A DNA stretch of 64,000 nucleotides from an uncultured Clostridia bacterium (GCA_947630545.1 CANRHX010000003.1:2177-66176), one strand, 5' to 3'. Counted from the first letter of the stretch, positions 46,553 through 56,621 are shown. Program-made: numbers and translations. Notes: generated by a model from the letters alone, not told the origin.

Positions 46553-49500
46553 ATGAAAAAGCTTACTGATTTTATTGTTGAACACAGAAATTTAATGTTA
46601 ATTATATTTATAATATTTTCAGTAATTGCTGTTATAGCATCAAATAAAGTCAACATAAATTATGATATTGCTAAATATTTGCCAGATTCATCAGAAACTA
46701 GAATAGGCCTAGATATTATGGAAGATGAATTTGAAGAGACGCAAAGCAGTATGAATTTAATGTTTAATGGACTTGCAGAGGATGAAAAAGATCAAATTTT
46801 TAATGAACTAAAAGATATTCATGGAATTAGTTCTGTAGATTATGATAAAACTCAAGATTACAATAAGGATGATTATACTTTATATATTATTCATGTAGAT
46901 GATGTTGAGGATTCTGAAATAGCAAAAGAAGTATATGAAACTATTGATGAAAAATATAAAGATTATGAAACTTTTACAAGTGGTGAAATATCTCAAAGGA
47001 ATAATCCTGTACTTCCAATGTGGATTATTGTTTTAGCAGTAGGTTGTGCATTCATAATTTTAGTTATTATGAGTGAATCTTATATTGAACCATTTTTGTT
47101 TTTATTTGCAATTTTAATGGCAGTTTTATTAAATAAAGGTACAAATATATTTTTCGATAATGTATCTAATATTACAAGTTCAATTACAGCAATATTGCAA
47201 ATGGCATTATCTATGGATTATTCAATAATGCTTATTAATAGATATAGACAAGAAAAAGAACATGAAAAAGATAAAGTAAAAGCTATGAAAGGAGCTTTAT
47301 ACAATGCATTTAAATCCATATCAAGTAGTTCAATTACAACAATAGTTGGTCTTATGGCATTAGTGTTTATGAGCTTTAAAATAGGTCAAAATTTAGGCTT
47401 AGTTTTAGCAAAAGGAGTATTATTTAGTTTAATATGTATTTTCTTTGTATTACCTGCATTAATTTTAATGTTTGACAAATTAATTGCAAAAACAAAAAAG
47501 AAATGTCCACATATGAAATTAGATGGTTTAGGAAAATTTAGTTACAAAATTAGATATATTTCAATTCCAATTTTTATTTTAGTATTTTTATTTAGTTTTA
47601 TAGAAAAGGGGAATTTGAATATATTATATACTGAAAATCAGTCTGATACTGTATCAAAAGTCTTCACAGAAAACAATCAAATTGCTGTAGTTTATAAAAA
47701 TGAAGATGAAGAAGAAATATCTAAAAAATTAACTGATTTAGAGAATATAGATAAAGTTAAAGAAGTATTAGGTTATGGAAATACTATAAATCAAGAATTA
47801 AAATATAATGAATTAAATGCAAAATTAAAAGACTTAGGAGCAGATGTATCTATTGAAGATTATCTATTACAAATTTTGTATTACAACTATTATAACCAAG
47901 ATGAAAATAATAATATTACTTTTGATGAGTTCATATCTTTTATAAAAAATGATGTTTATAACAATGAAAAGATGATGGAAAAAGTAGATAATGAAATTAA
48001 GGACAATGTAGATAAACTAGAAAATTTTACTAATGAAAAATTATATAATAAAAAAATTACATCAGCACAAATTTCAGATATTTTAGGTATAGATAAACAA
48101 AAAGTCGATGATATTTTAATTTATTATAATTCTAAAAATAATAATTTAAAAATTAGTTTATCTGATTTTATAAATTTTATGAACAATGATGTTTTAACAA
48201 ATGAAAAATATTCTAAAAAAATAGATAATACATCTAAAGCTAATTTAAAAAGATTATCAAAATTTACTAATAAATCTACTATTCAAAAGAAAATGACAAG
48301 TAAAGAGATGGCAAATTTATTTGGCATAGATAAAAATACTGTAGACCAATTATATAATTATTATATGAGTTTAAATAAAATCGAAACTAAACTTACTCTT
48401 CATCAATTTTCAGAATTTGTATTAAATGATGTATTAAAAAATAGCGAATATGCAGATTTATTTGATAATCAAACTATAAATAATATAAATATGCTAAATA
48501 CATATAGTGATAAAAGTATTATAACTAAAAATATGAATTCAAAAGAATTATCAAAATTATTTAATATAGAAGAAAATTCAGTTAAACAATTATTATTTTT
48601 AAAGTATAGTAATTTAGATTATGGCAAAAAAATAACTATTTCGGAATTTATAAATAGTATAGTAAATATTAAGGAAAATACTAATTATTTAGCAGATATA
48701 GACATAAGCAGTATAGAAAAATTAAAAGAATTTTTAGATGATGATAGCATTACTGCAAATAAAACTGAATATTCAGAACAACAAATGGCAAATTTATTAA
48801 ATATGGAATTTAGTCAGGTAAGTCAATTATATGCTCTAATTGATATGACTCAAAACAATACTAGTAGTTGGAATTCAACACCTTATGATTTTGTTGAATT
48901 GATAATAAAAAATAAAGATAGGGAAGATATTAAAAATTCTATTGATACTAATTCTTTAAATAATTTACAATTAGCTTTTAGCATAATGAATAATACTTTA
49001 AATAACAAATCTTATTCTTATAAGGAATTATCAAATTTTATAGGAATTGATTCAAATGACAGTAAGAATATTTATACTTTATATAAGATTAAAAATACTA
49101 CTTTAAAATTAACTCCACAAAATTTTGTTAATTTCATATTAAACCATAAAATTGATTCTACTTTATCAGGTGCTTTAGATAAAAGTACAATAAAAGATTT
49201 GAATTTAGTTCAATCTGTTATGAATGGAGTATTAAATAATAAAAAATATACTAGCGCTGAAATGAGTAATTTACTGGGAATAAATGGAGAAGATTTGAAT
49301 TTATTATATGGATTATATAATACTAAACATGTAAATACTAACCCTAAAATTTCATTAAAAGATTTTGTAAATTTCCTAGAAACTGATGTAATGAAAAACG
49401 CCGAATATTCAAGTAACTTTACTGATAAATCAAAAACAAAAATAGATACTATAAATGGCATTATTAAAGCAAGTATCAATAAAACTAAATATTCAAAAGA

Positions 49501-50407
49501 GGAAATATTTACTATTTTAAGTAAATTGGATGATAATTTGGATAAAGATAAGATTGATTTAGTATATATTTATTATGGTAGCAATAATGAATTTAATGAT
49601 GAGTGGACTTTGACAGTAGAAAAGTTTATTGATTATTTAAATGATAAAATTTTGAAAGATAATAGATTTGATGATTTTATAGAAGCGGATATGAGAAACC
49701 AAATTACAGATGCAAAAGAAAAAATATCAGATTCAAAAGAATTATTGATAGGCGACAAGTATTCAAGAGTTGTTTTAAATACAGATTTTGATCCTGAATC
49801 AGAAGAGACTTTTTCGTTTATAAAAAATTTAAAAAATATATTTGGAAATAAGGCTTATATTGCTGGAAATTCTGTAATGGCTTATGAAATGAGTAACACA
49901 TTTAATGATGAATTAAATTTTATTACAATCCTTACTATGGTATCAATTTTCGTTGTTGTAGCAGTAACATTTAAGTCAATAATTATACCAATAATTTTGG
50001 TTCTTACTATACAATGCGCAGTTTATGTGACAATGGGAATATTATCTTTTTCAGGCGAAGGTGTTTACTTTATTGCTCTTCTAATTGTTCAAAGTATATT
50101 AATGGGAGCAACAATAGATTATGCAATTTTATATACATCATATTATATTGAACATAGGCGAACAATGAATATGAAAGAAGCTATAATTAATTCATATAAT
50201 AAATCTATTCATACAATATCAACTTCTGCATCTATTTTGATTATTGTTACATTAATTGTAGGACATTTTTCTTCAGCAATAACTTCACAAATATGTAAGA
50301 CTATTTCAGCTGGAACAATCTGTTCAACAATGTTAATATTGTTGTTATTGCCTTCTGTAATTGCAATTTGTGATAAATTAATTGTAAAACATAAGAAAAA
50401 AAGTTAG
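46553..50407 (+). CDS. MMPL/RND-superfamily transporter with greatly expanded repeat-containing extracytoplasmic region
   Basis: 1284 aa. Two MMPL-type TM bundles (about aa 150-350 and about aa 1110-1280; e.g. 'ILQMALSMDYSIMLINRYRQE', 'IVQSILMGATIDYAILYTSYY') flank a roughly 650-aa repeat region. Confidence 0.85.
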   Translation: MKKLTDFIVEHRNLMLIIFIIFSVIAVIASNKVNINYDIAKYLPDSSETRIGLDIMEDEFEETQSSMNLMFNGLAEDEKDQIFNELKDIHGISSVDYDKTQDYNKDDYTLYIIHVDDVEDSEIAKEVYETIDEKYKDYETFTSGEISQRNNPVLPMWIIVLAVGCAFIILVIMSESYIEPFLFLFAILMAVLLNKGTNIFFDNVSNITSSITAILQMALSMDYSIMLINRYRQEKEHEKDKVKAMKGALYNAFKSISSSSITTIVGLMALVFMSFKIGQNLGLVLAKGVLFSLICIFFVLPALILMFDKLIAKTKKKCPHMKLDGLGKFSYKIRYISIPIFILVFLFSFIEKGNLNILYTENQSDTVSKVFTENNQIAVVYKNEDEEEISKKLTDLENIDKVKEVLGYGNTINQELKYNELNAKLKDLGADVSIEDYLLQILYYNYYNQDENNNITFDEFISFIKNDVYNNEKMMEKVDNEIKDNVDKLENFTNEKLYNKKITSAQISDILGIDKQKVDDILIYYNSKNNNLKISLSDFINFMNNDVLTNEKYSKKIDNTSKANLKRLSKFTNKSTIQKKMTSKEMANLFGIDKNTVDQLYNYYMSLNKIETKLTLHQFSEFVLNDVLKNSEYADLFDNQTINNINMLNTYSDKSIITKNMNSKELSKLFNIEENSVKQLLFLKYSNLDYGKKITISEFINSIVNIKENTNYLADIDISSIEKLKEFLDDDSITANKTEYSEQQMANLLNMEFSQVSQLYALIDMTQNNTSSWNSTPYDFVELIIKNKDREDIKNSIDTNSLNNLQLAFSIMNNTLNNKSYSYKELSNFIGIDSNDSKNIYTLYKIKNTTLKLTPQNFVNFILNHKIDSTLSGALDKSTIKDLNLVQSVMNGVLNNKKYTSAEMSNLLGINGEDLNLLYGLYNTKHVNTNPKISLKDFVNFLETDVMKNAEYSSNFTDKSKTKIDTINGIIKASINKTKYSKEEIFTILSKLDDNLDKDKIDLVYIYYGSNNEFNDEWTLTVEKFIDYLNDKILKDNRFDDFIEADMRNQITDAKEKISDSKELLIGDKYSRVVLNTDFDPESEETFSFIKNLKNIFGNKAYIAGNSVMAYEMSNTFNDELNFITILTMVSIFVVVAVTFKSIIIPIILVLTIQCAVYVTMGILSFSGEGVYFIALLIVQSILMGATIDYAILYTSYYIEHRRTMNMKEAIINSYNKSIHTISTSASILIIVTLIVGHFSSAITSQICKTISAGTICSTMLILLLLPSVIAICDKLIVKHKKKS
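47795..49750 (+). repeat. About 8 tandem degenerate protein repeats of about 80 aa inside the MMPL gene
   Basis: Recurring pattern '[YM][TS]..[EQ][MI][SA].L[LF][GN]I[DE]...[VL]..LY..Y......K[IL][ST]L..F[IV]NF[IL]..DV..N..Y.......K..[IL]..L'. Example pair: 'MTSKEMANLFGIDKNTVDQLYNYY' and 'YTSAEMSNLLGINGEDLNLLYGLY'. Confidence 0.75.
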
Positions 50408-50499
50408 AATTTTTGGTTTACTAATTTTAAAAGTAATGTTATACTAAAAATATTTATATGATATATATAAATATAATATTAAAATTAGGAGATAAATAC

Positions 50500-51018
50500 A
50501 TGGAAATAAGAGATTTATATGATTCTGAAAGAAATCTTACAGGTGAAACAATATTAAAAGGAGAGGAAATTCCTGAAGGAAGATATATATTAGTAGTTTC
50601 AGTATTTATACAGAATTCTGAGGGAAAGTTTTTAATTCAAAAAAGAAGTGAGATAAAAAATGGAAAGTTTGCAACAACAGGAGGTCATGCAAAAACTGGA
50701 GAAAATAGCATTCAAGCAATATTAGCTGAGGTTGAAGAAGAGATTGGTTTAAAATTAAATCCAAATGATTTACAATTATATTCTTCTAATAAGTTTGAAG
50801 AATATAGAGTTTTTGGCGATGATTACTATGTTAAAATGGATATAGAAGATATAAGCAATTTAAAATTGCAAAAAGAAGAAGTAGATTCTGTTCAATGGCT
50901 TTCTAAAGATGAAATTTTAGACTTAATGAAGCAAGATAAATTCTTTAAAAATCATTATGAAGAATTTGAAATATTAATTAATTGGTTAAATAAAAATAAA
51001 TTTTCAAATAAATGTTGA
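50500..51018 (+). CDS. NUDIX hydrolase
   Basis: Nudix box 'GGHAKTGENSIQAILAEVEEEIGL'; GGAG RBS before ATG 50500. Confidence 0.8.
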   Translation: MEIRDLYDSERNLTGETILKGEEIPEGRYILVVSVFIQNSEGKFLIQKRSEIKNGKFATTGGHAKTGENSIQAILAEVEEEIGLKLNPNDLQLYSSNKFEEYRVFGDDYYVKMDIEDISNLKLQKEEVDSVQWLSKDEILDLMKQDKFFKNHYEEFEILINWLNKNKFSNKC

Positions 51019-51080
51019 ATGTAATTTTTTGTTATAGTATAATTCATATATAAAAATTTGGAATTATAGGAGGAGTAAAA

Positions 51081-51875
51081 ATGGAAATAAAAAGATTACA
51101 AAATGAACACAGAAAAATTGTAACTACTGTAGGAAGTTTTAGTATATTAGAATGTTTAAGAGATGAAAGTATATCTCCAAGTAATGCTACACAAAATTAT
51201 TTTATGGAAAAAATGGGGGTTAGACGTCGTCAAGTAATAGCTACTCTAAAAGGAGATAAAACTATTATTACACAAGCAGGAGCTATGCAATGGACTTTAG
51301 GAAATGTTTCTGCTACAACAGGAATAAAGGGAGCAGGAGACTTCCTTGGAAAAATGATTAAAGGTGCCGTTACTAAAGAATCAGCAGTAAAACCAGAATA
51401 TACTGGTAAAGGTTATTTAGTACTAGAGCCTACTTATAAATATTTAATATTGCAAGATTTAGCTGAATGGGGAAATGGTGGAATGACAATAGAAGATGGA
51501 ATGTTTTTAGCTTGTGAAGGAACTGTTAAAACAAATGTTGTAGCGAGATCAAATATTTCATCTACTGTAGCTGGAGGAGAAGGTTTATTTAACCTTAGTT
51601 TATCAGGAACTGGTATAGCATGTCTAGAAAGTAATGTACCATTAGAAGAACTAGTAGAAATAGAATTAAATAATGAAGAATTAAAAATAGATGGACATTT
51701 AGCAGTTTGCTGGTCTTCTGGATTAGAATTTACAGTAGAACGTTCATCAAAAAGTTTACTTGGTTCTGCAGTTAGTGGAGAAGGTTTAGTAAACGTATAT
51801 AGAGGAGTTGGAAAAGTTTTAATGAGTCCATATTCTCCTACAGGATCTTTATATTCAGCTACTCATAATATGTAA
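51081..51875 (+). CDS. AIM24/DUF124-family protein
   Basis: 'QAGAMQWTLGNV...', 'GKGYLVLEP', 'GGEGLFNLSLSGTGIACLES', 'GEGLVNVYRGVGKVLMSP' match the AIM24 (TRAP-like beta-sandwich) family as I recall it. Confidence 0.7.
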   Translation: MEIKRLQNEHRKIVTTVGSFSILECLRDESISPSNATQNYFMEKMGVRRRQVIATLKGDKTIITQAGAMQWTLGNVSATTGIKGAGDFLGKMIKGAVTKESAVKPEYTGKGYLVLEPTYKYLILQDLAEWGNGGMTIEDGMFLACEGTVKTNVVARSNISSTVAGGEGLFNLSLSGTGIACLESNVPLEELVEIELNNEELKIDGHLAVCWSSGLEFTVERSSKSLLGSAVSGEGLVNVYRGVGKVLMSPYSPTGSLYSATHNM

Positions 51876-51974
51876 GGTGAAAAGCTTGTAACTACTAAAA
51901 TAATGTATTAGTAGGTACAGGCTAAGTAAGCTGTACCTACGATAGTTTAAAAATATATACTTAAAGACATATAC

Positions 51975-52020
51975 AAGACTATTTGTAGGATAATAAAAAT
52001 TCTATAAGTAGTCTTTTTTA
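51975..52020 (+). terminator. Rho-independent terminator (second of two hairpins after the AIM24 gene)
   Basis: AAGACTATTTGTAG (51975-51988) pairs with CTATAAGTAGTCTT (52002-52015), two G-U pairs, then TTTT. A separate 10-bp hairpin lies at 51911-51940. Confidence 0.6.
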
Positions 52021-52258
52021 TATGTCTTTTTTGTTTTTAAATATACTTCATAATCTATTTTTATTCAAAGGGACAAATAAAATTCGAATTTTAAGTAAAA
52101 AAGTAAAGAAAGGTAAATGTAATACCTCGAGAATTTAAGGTGGTATTTGCAACTGAGAAAAATAATTTAGAAATGAAAAATTATCTATTTCTTCTATGCA
52201 AAGAACATGGAAATTGATAAAAGAAATAGTAAGATTAGATTTTCGAGATGATTGAGAA

Positions 52259-52287
52259 TTGACATAGCGAAAAGTGAATGATATAAT
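52259..52287 (+). promoter_or_regulatory. Consensus extended -10 sigma-A promoter for the radical-SAM gene
   Basis: TTGACA 52259-52264, 17-bp spacer, TGaTATAAT with TATAAT at 52282-52287; AGGAGG RBS at 52311-52316. Confidence 0.65.
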
Positions 52288-52322
52288 TTGAATACAAAAT
52301 AACTTGTATAGGAGGGGTCGCA

Positions 52323-53291
52323 ATGGCATTTATCGACTTAAGCAAAATCAAATATGTTACTTTGTATACGGGAGACAATGGCTCTGCTAGTTGTACTTGC
52401 AATTGTCCTTGTTGCTCGCAGAAAGGAAGAAATCGGAAATATCAAGGAACTATGAATCAGGCTTTAGATATGTTTGAAAAATTACCTAATATGGAACAGC
52501 TTTACATATTTGGCAATCCAGATGTGACTGTAGATACTGATTTTTGCCATAACGTTATAGCAGAAGCAGTAAACAGGAACATTAATGTAAGTTTTTCCAC
52601 TTCTGGAGTGGGGGGAGAACATACTCTTAAGCGGTTGCTAAACAACATTTCTACTAATAACGTTGATTACATTTCTTTTAGCTTTGATGGAACAACTGAA
52701 GAGGAGATGTCTTTTTCAAAAGGAATTGCATATCCTATGGAATATGCTTTAAAAGGCATAGAATGGGCTATTGATAACGGTTATACTGTAAAAATACAGC
52801 CTACCATTTGGACATACAATTATACAAAGGTAGAAACGATTATTGACTATTTCGTTAGCAAAGGCGTAACATGGTTTACTTTTCACATTGGTAGTTTGGA
52901 ATCAGAGCTAGATTTGCCTTCTCACAAGCATCTTTCACCAGAGCAAATTAATCTAGTTCATAGTCAGATTGAACACGCAGTTCAAAAACACAAAAACATT
53001 AAGGTTAGATGTCCTATTATTTATTTGCAGTGTGGCCAAAACGAATCTCACAAATGGTATTGTATGCATCCGGAAAGAATCCAAGAATTACTAATAACAT
53101 TTACAGAAAAAGGAATAAGAGCTACGCACGTACCTATGGCAAGCATTTATAGAAATGAATTGAGCTTTGACTTAGGTACATCTATTGATATTCCTGCTAT
53201 TTCAGAATGCAAAACTTGTCCATTTAGTAATGAATTAGCTGGTCGAAATGATACTTGTTGCAGATATGTTTCAAAATACTGGAATTATTAA
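52323..53291 (+). CDS. Radical SAM-like enzyme, unknown subfamily
   Basis: 'CTCNCPCC' contains a CX3CX2C arrangement near the N-terminus. 'LYIFGNPDVT' sits where the GGE-type SAM motif is expected. C-terminal Cys-rich region ('CPIIYLQCG', 'CKTCPF...CC'). G+C about 40% versus about 20-27% in the flanks (hand counts on sample lines). Confidence 0.6.
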   Translation: MAFIDLSKIKYVTLYTGDNGSASCTCNCPCCSQKGRNRKYQGTMNQALDMFEKLPNMEQLYIFGNPDVTVDTDFCHNVIAEAVNRNINVSFSTSGVGGEHTLKRLLNNISTNNVDYISFSFDGTTEEEMSFSKGIAYPMEYALKGIEWAIDNGYTVKIQPTIWTYNYTKVETIIDYFVSKGVTWFTFHIGSLESELDLPSHKHLSPEQINLVHSQIEHAVQKHKNIKVRCPIIYLQCGQNESHKWYCMHPERIQELLITFTEKGIRATHVPMASIYRNELSFDLGTSIDIPAISECKTCPFSNELAGRNDTCCRYVSKYWNY

Positions 53292-53331
53292 ACTCTTCAA
53301 ACGCATTCCACAATTAAGGATGACTATTATG

Positions 53332-53360
53332 TATAAGGGGGCTCTCAAAGTTCCCTTATA
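53332..53360 (+). terminator. Hairpin terminator after the radical-SAM gene
   Basis: TATAAGGG (53332-53339) pairs with CCCTTATA (53353-53360), followed by a T-rich run. Confidence 0.55.
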
Positions 53361-53387
53361 TTTATATAAAAATTAGGAGAATTTAGA

Positions 53388-54191
53388 ATGTTAAATCAAA
53401 TTAAAATAATATTTATGGATTTAGATGGTACATTATTAAATAACAAACACGAAATATCAAATAGTTCCATAGAAATGATAAAAAAACTTGTAAGGAAGGG
53501 AATATATGTAATATTTTGTTCTGGAAGATCAACAAGTGACATAATTGAAAAAAGCAAAATAGCCTATGCAAGTTCTATAGTTGTTGCAAATAATGGTTCT
53601 ATTGTATTTGACTATGAAAAAAATTTTAAAATATATGAAAGTGCAATAGATTTAAATATCATAAAAGATATTTGGACATTTTCATTAAACAATCATATAT
53701 ACATAACATTGAATTCTGCATTTAAAAGATATAAAACCAAAGGATCAAGTAAACAGGCATTTATAATAGATACACCAGAAGCATTGGAGGACACAGTTGC
53801 TCAAATAGTTGTAGAAAGCCCATATGCTAAAAATATTATGCAATTAAAAGATTTTATTGAAAAAAAATATCAAAATATAGAAATTAAAAATATCTGGGAA
53901 ATTCCTAGTGTAGATTCCCAAGTTCCAATTTTTGAAGCAGATATATCCAATAAATTTAATAATAAAGGAAATTCTGTAAAAAAACTTTTAGAATACTTAC
54001 ACATTGAAAAAAAACAGGCAATGAGTTTTGGAGACCAAATTAATGATTTAGAAATGTTTGAAGCCTGTGGTACAAATATTGCTATGTGTAATGGCAATAA
54101 TATGTTAAAGCAAAAGGCAAATTTTGTAACAAAATATTCAAATAATCAAGATGGAATTGCAAAGTTTATTGAAAAATTAACGAATCATTGA
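53388..54191 (+). CDS. Cof-type HAD-IIB phosphatase
   Basis: 'IIFMDLDGTLLNNKHEIS' (motif I), 'FCSGRS', 'SFGDQINDLEMF' (motif IV). Confidence 0.85.
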   Translation: MLNQIKIIFMDLDGTLLNNKHEISNSSIEMIKKLVRKGIYVIFCSGRSTSDIIEKSKIAYASSIVVANNGSIVFDYEKNFKIYESAIDLNIIKDIWTFSLNNHIYITLNSAFKRYKTKGSSKQAFIIDTPEALEDTVAQIVVESPYAKNIMQLKDFIEKKYQNIEIKNIWEIPSVDSQVPIFEADISNKFNNKGNSVKKLLEYLHIEKKQAMSFGDQINDLEMFEACGTNIAMCNGNNMLKQKANFVTKYSNNQDGIAKFIEKLTNH

Positions 54192-54320
54192 TATTTGTTA
54201 GAAATAAAAATTATAAGGGTACACTAAAAAATTAAAAAAATTAGTAAATGTATAGACAAATATAAAATAATATTGTAGAATAATTATTATAGAAAATGAC
54301 TAATGAAGGAGAGATGTATA

Positions 54321-55094
54321 ATGGATAATAATAAAAAAAGAATATCTTTAACTGTATATATAATTACATTAATTTTTATGCTGGTTATTATAGCTATATT
54401 AGGCTATATTATTGTGAAAAAAAATAATAGTAGCAATAATAATGTAAACAATATAACTACTGGAGTAAATACAGAAATAGAAAGTAATATAACTACTGCA
54501 GTTAATACGGAAAATGTAAATACTATAAATACTTCAGCTAATACAGAAAATGTAAATAATGAAAGCTCTAATGTAGGTGAAGTAGATAATATAGAAGAAT
54601 TACAAAAAATTTTAGAAAAGTATCTCTATATATATAGTTTAAAGGATACTGGAGCAACAATTTTAACAAGAGATGAAGGTAGATTTCCTTATGTATTAGA
54701 TTTCTATAAAACATATGATGAATTAGAAAAAGACTTAAAAAAAAGTAAAGAAAAAATAATAGATGAAGATGGATATGAATTTGAATTATATAAAACTAGT
54801 ATCCAATATTCAGAATATAAAGAAAAATTACTAAATTATATGTCAGAAAATTTATTTGAAGAAAATTTTACAAGGTGTCAAAAAGATATCAATGGTATAT
54901 TGTATGTCACTAAATCCGGAGGAGATGGAAGAGGCTATAAAATTATAAAGATGACTAAAAATAGTGATAATTCTTATGATGTAGCGTGTAAGTATCAAGA
55001 AGGAGAAAATCCATATACTGATGTTAGCTTAAATGTTACTTTTGGTAAAAATAATAAAGGAATTGTTATTGTAGAAAGTTGTGTTTTTGAGTAA
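54321..55094 (+). CDS. Membrane-anchored hypothetical protein
   Basis: N-terminal TM (ISLTVYIITLIFMLVIIAILGYIIV), Asn/Thr-rich linker with 'NTENVN' repeats, C-terminal globular domain; GGAG RBS before ATG 54321. Confidence 0.5.
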   Translation: MDNNKKRISLTVYIITLIFMLVIIAILGYIIVKKNNSSNNNVNNITTGVNTEIESNITTAVNTENVNTINTSANTENVNNESSNVGEVDNIEELQKILEKYLYIYSLKDTGATILTRDEGRFPYVLDFYKTYDELEKDLKKSKEKIIDEDGYEFELYKTSIQYSEYKEKLLNYMSENLFEENFTRCQKDINGILYVTKSGGDGRGYKIIKMTKNSDNSYDVACKYQEGENPYTDVSLNVTFGKNNKGIVIVESCVFE

Positions 55095-55176
55095 AACTTT
55101 ATATTTAAATTATAAATTATATCAAGGAAGTAGATTTGTTTGAATATAAGGAATATAAAAAATGAGGAGGATTATT

Positions 55177-55851
55177 ATGGAAAAAAAATTAATAATATTT
55201 GATGTAGATGGAACAGTATGGGATAGTGAAAGAGATGTATTTGCCTCATTTAATCACACACTAAAAACAATGGCAGGATTTGAAATAACAAAGGAACAAT
55301 TTCAAACATTAGCAGGAATGCCTTTAGAAACTATGTTTGAAAAGATGTTACCAGATGATAAAAAACATTTATCAATAGAATGTGCAAAAGCATACAGAAA
55401 ATATTATATAGATGAAGGACATTTTATTGACGGAACAGTACTTTTTAAAGGCGTAAAAGAAACGATTGATAAATTTAAAAATGATGGATTTCATATGGCA
55501 GTTGCATCAAGTAAACCAAAAAGGATCCTAGACAAAATGGTATCAGTATTTAATTTAGAAGGATTTGACTATGTTTTAGGAACAGGGGAAAGCAATTTTA
55601 AACATAAACCAGATCCTGAAATAGTAAATTATATAATGAGTCAATTAAATATATCAAAAGAAGACGCTGTAATTGTTGGTGATAGTAAAAGTGATATACT
55701 TACAGGTAAAAATGCAGGTATAGATACAATAGCTGTTACATATGGATACGATAAACCAGAAAATCTAATAAATGCAAATCCAACTTTTGTAATAGATAAC
55801 TTTTCTAAGTTAGAAGATATTATAGAAATAAAAAATATGGATAAAGTTTAG
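55177..55851 (+). CDS. HAD-IA hydrolase (phosphoglycolate phosphatase/PpaX-like)
   Basis: 'LIIFDVDGTVWDS', 'VASSKP', 'VGDSKSDILTGKNAG'; GAGGAGG RBS before ATG 55177. Confidence 0.85.
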   Translation: MEKKLIIFDVDGTVWDSERDVFASFNHTLKTMAGFEITKEQFQTLAGMPLETMFEKMLPDDKKHLSIECAKAYRKYYIDEGHFIDGTVLFKGVKETIDKFKNDGFHMAVASSKPKRILDKMVSVFNLEGFDYVLGTGESNFKHKPDPEIVNYIMSQLNISKEDAVIVGDSKSDILTGKNAGIDTIAVTYGYDKPENLINANPTFVIDNFSKLEDIIEIKNMDKV

Positions 55852-55890
55852 GATTTTAAATATGAAAAATAAAATATCTATTATAATTAT

Positions 55891-55917
55891 GCAGATAATT
55901 AGTTGCTAATTATCTGC
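55891..55917. terminator. Perfect 12-bp hairpin, bidirectional terminator overlapping the tdk stop
   Basis: GCAGATAATTAG-ttg-CTAATTATCTGC followed by TTTT on the + strand. Confidence 0.7.
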
Positions 55918-56448
55918 TTTTAAGCTTAATTTGTTATAACAATTTCTACAAACTGGTATATATTCCGAATCTCCTATATAAACATCACTATTTTTTTGAC
56001 CTTTAAAAAATGAAAAAATTGCACATTCATTTTTGCAAATTTCACAAATAGAAGTCATCATTTGAACATTATCAGATATACACATTAAATCGCCCATTTT
56101 GCCAAAAGGCTTTTTTTCAGCAGTTAAATTAAGACCAGAAATATAGAATTTTTTACCGTTTGTAGCCATTTTTTCAATTGTATCAACTTCGCCATTTAAA
56201 AATTGAAATTCATCAATAAAATAAATATCAGCATTGTAATTTTGTAATTCTTCAATAGAATTTATATTAATTGCTTCAACCTTATTTCCAGAACGAGTTT
56301 GAACAATATTATTTCCATATCTATTATCAATACTAGGTTTAAAAACTTTAATATCTTTTCCTGTTATTATTTGTCTATCTAGTTCATTAAGCATTTTCTG
56401 TGTTTTTCCACATTTCATTGGACCAGTAAAAACATTAATATCTCCCAT
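55906..56448 (-). CDS. tdk: Thymidine kinase (TK1 type)
   Basis: 'VFTGPMKCGKTQ' P-loop, 'YFIDEFQF', C-terminal zinc ribbon 'CEICKNE...PVCRNCY'. Confidence 0.9.
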   Translation of the reverse strand: MGDINVFTGPMKCGKTQKMLNELDRQIITGKDIKVFKPSIDNRYGNNIVQTRSGNKVEAININSIEELQNYNADIYFIDEFQFLNGEVDTIEKMATNGKKFYISGLNLTAEKKPFGKMGDLMCISDNVQMMTSICEICKNECAIFSFFKGQKNSDVYIGDSEYIPVCRNCYNKLSLKADN

Positions 56449-56621
56449 AACTATTACCTCATATTTTGTAAAAATTTCTTAATTATTATATCATACTCCA
56501 AAAAGATTTCAATTAATATTTGATAATTTAACATTTTTATTATAATACCCGAGTTTGCTACTAAATTAAAATTTATTTTTCTAATACCACTATAGACTTA
56601 TTATTTTTTTTATAAAAAGTA

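Noticed and set aside
52135-52329. 64-aa minus-strand ORF and several 13-19-codon plus-strand mini-ORFs upstream of the radical-SAM gene, considered as RiPP precursor candidates
   Set aside because: None has an RBS. The minus-strand ORF overlaps the consensus promoter and start codon of the radical-SAM gene. The mini-ORFs lie upstream of the promoter.
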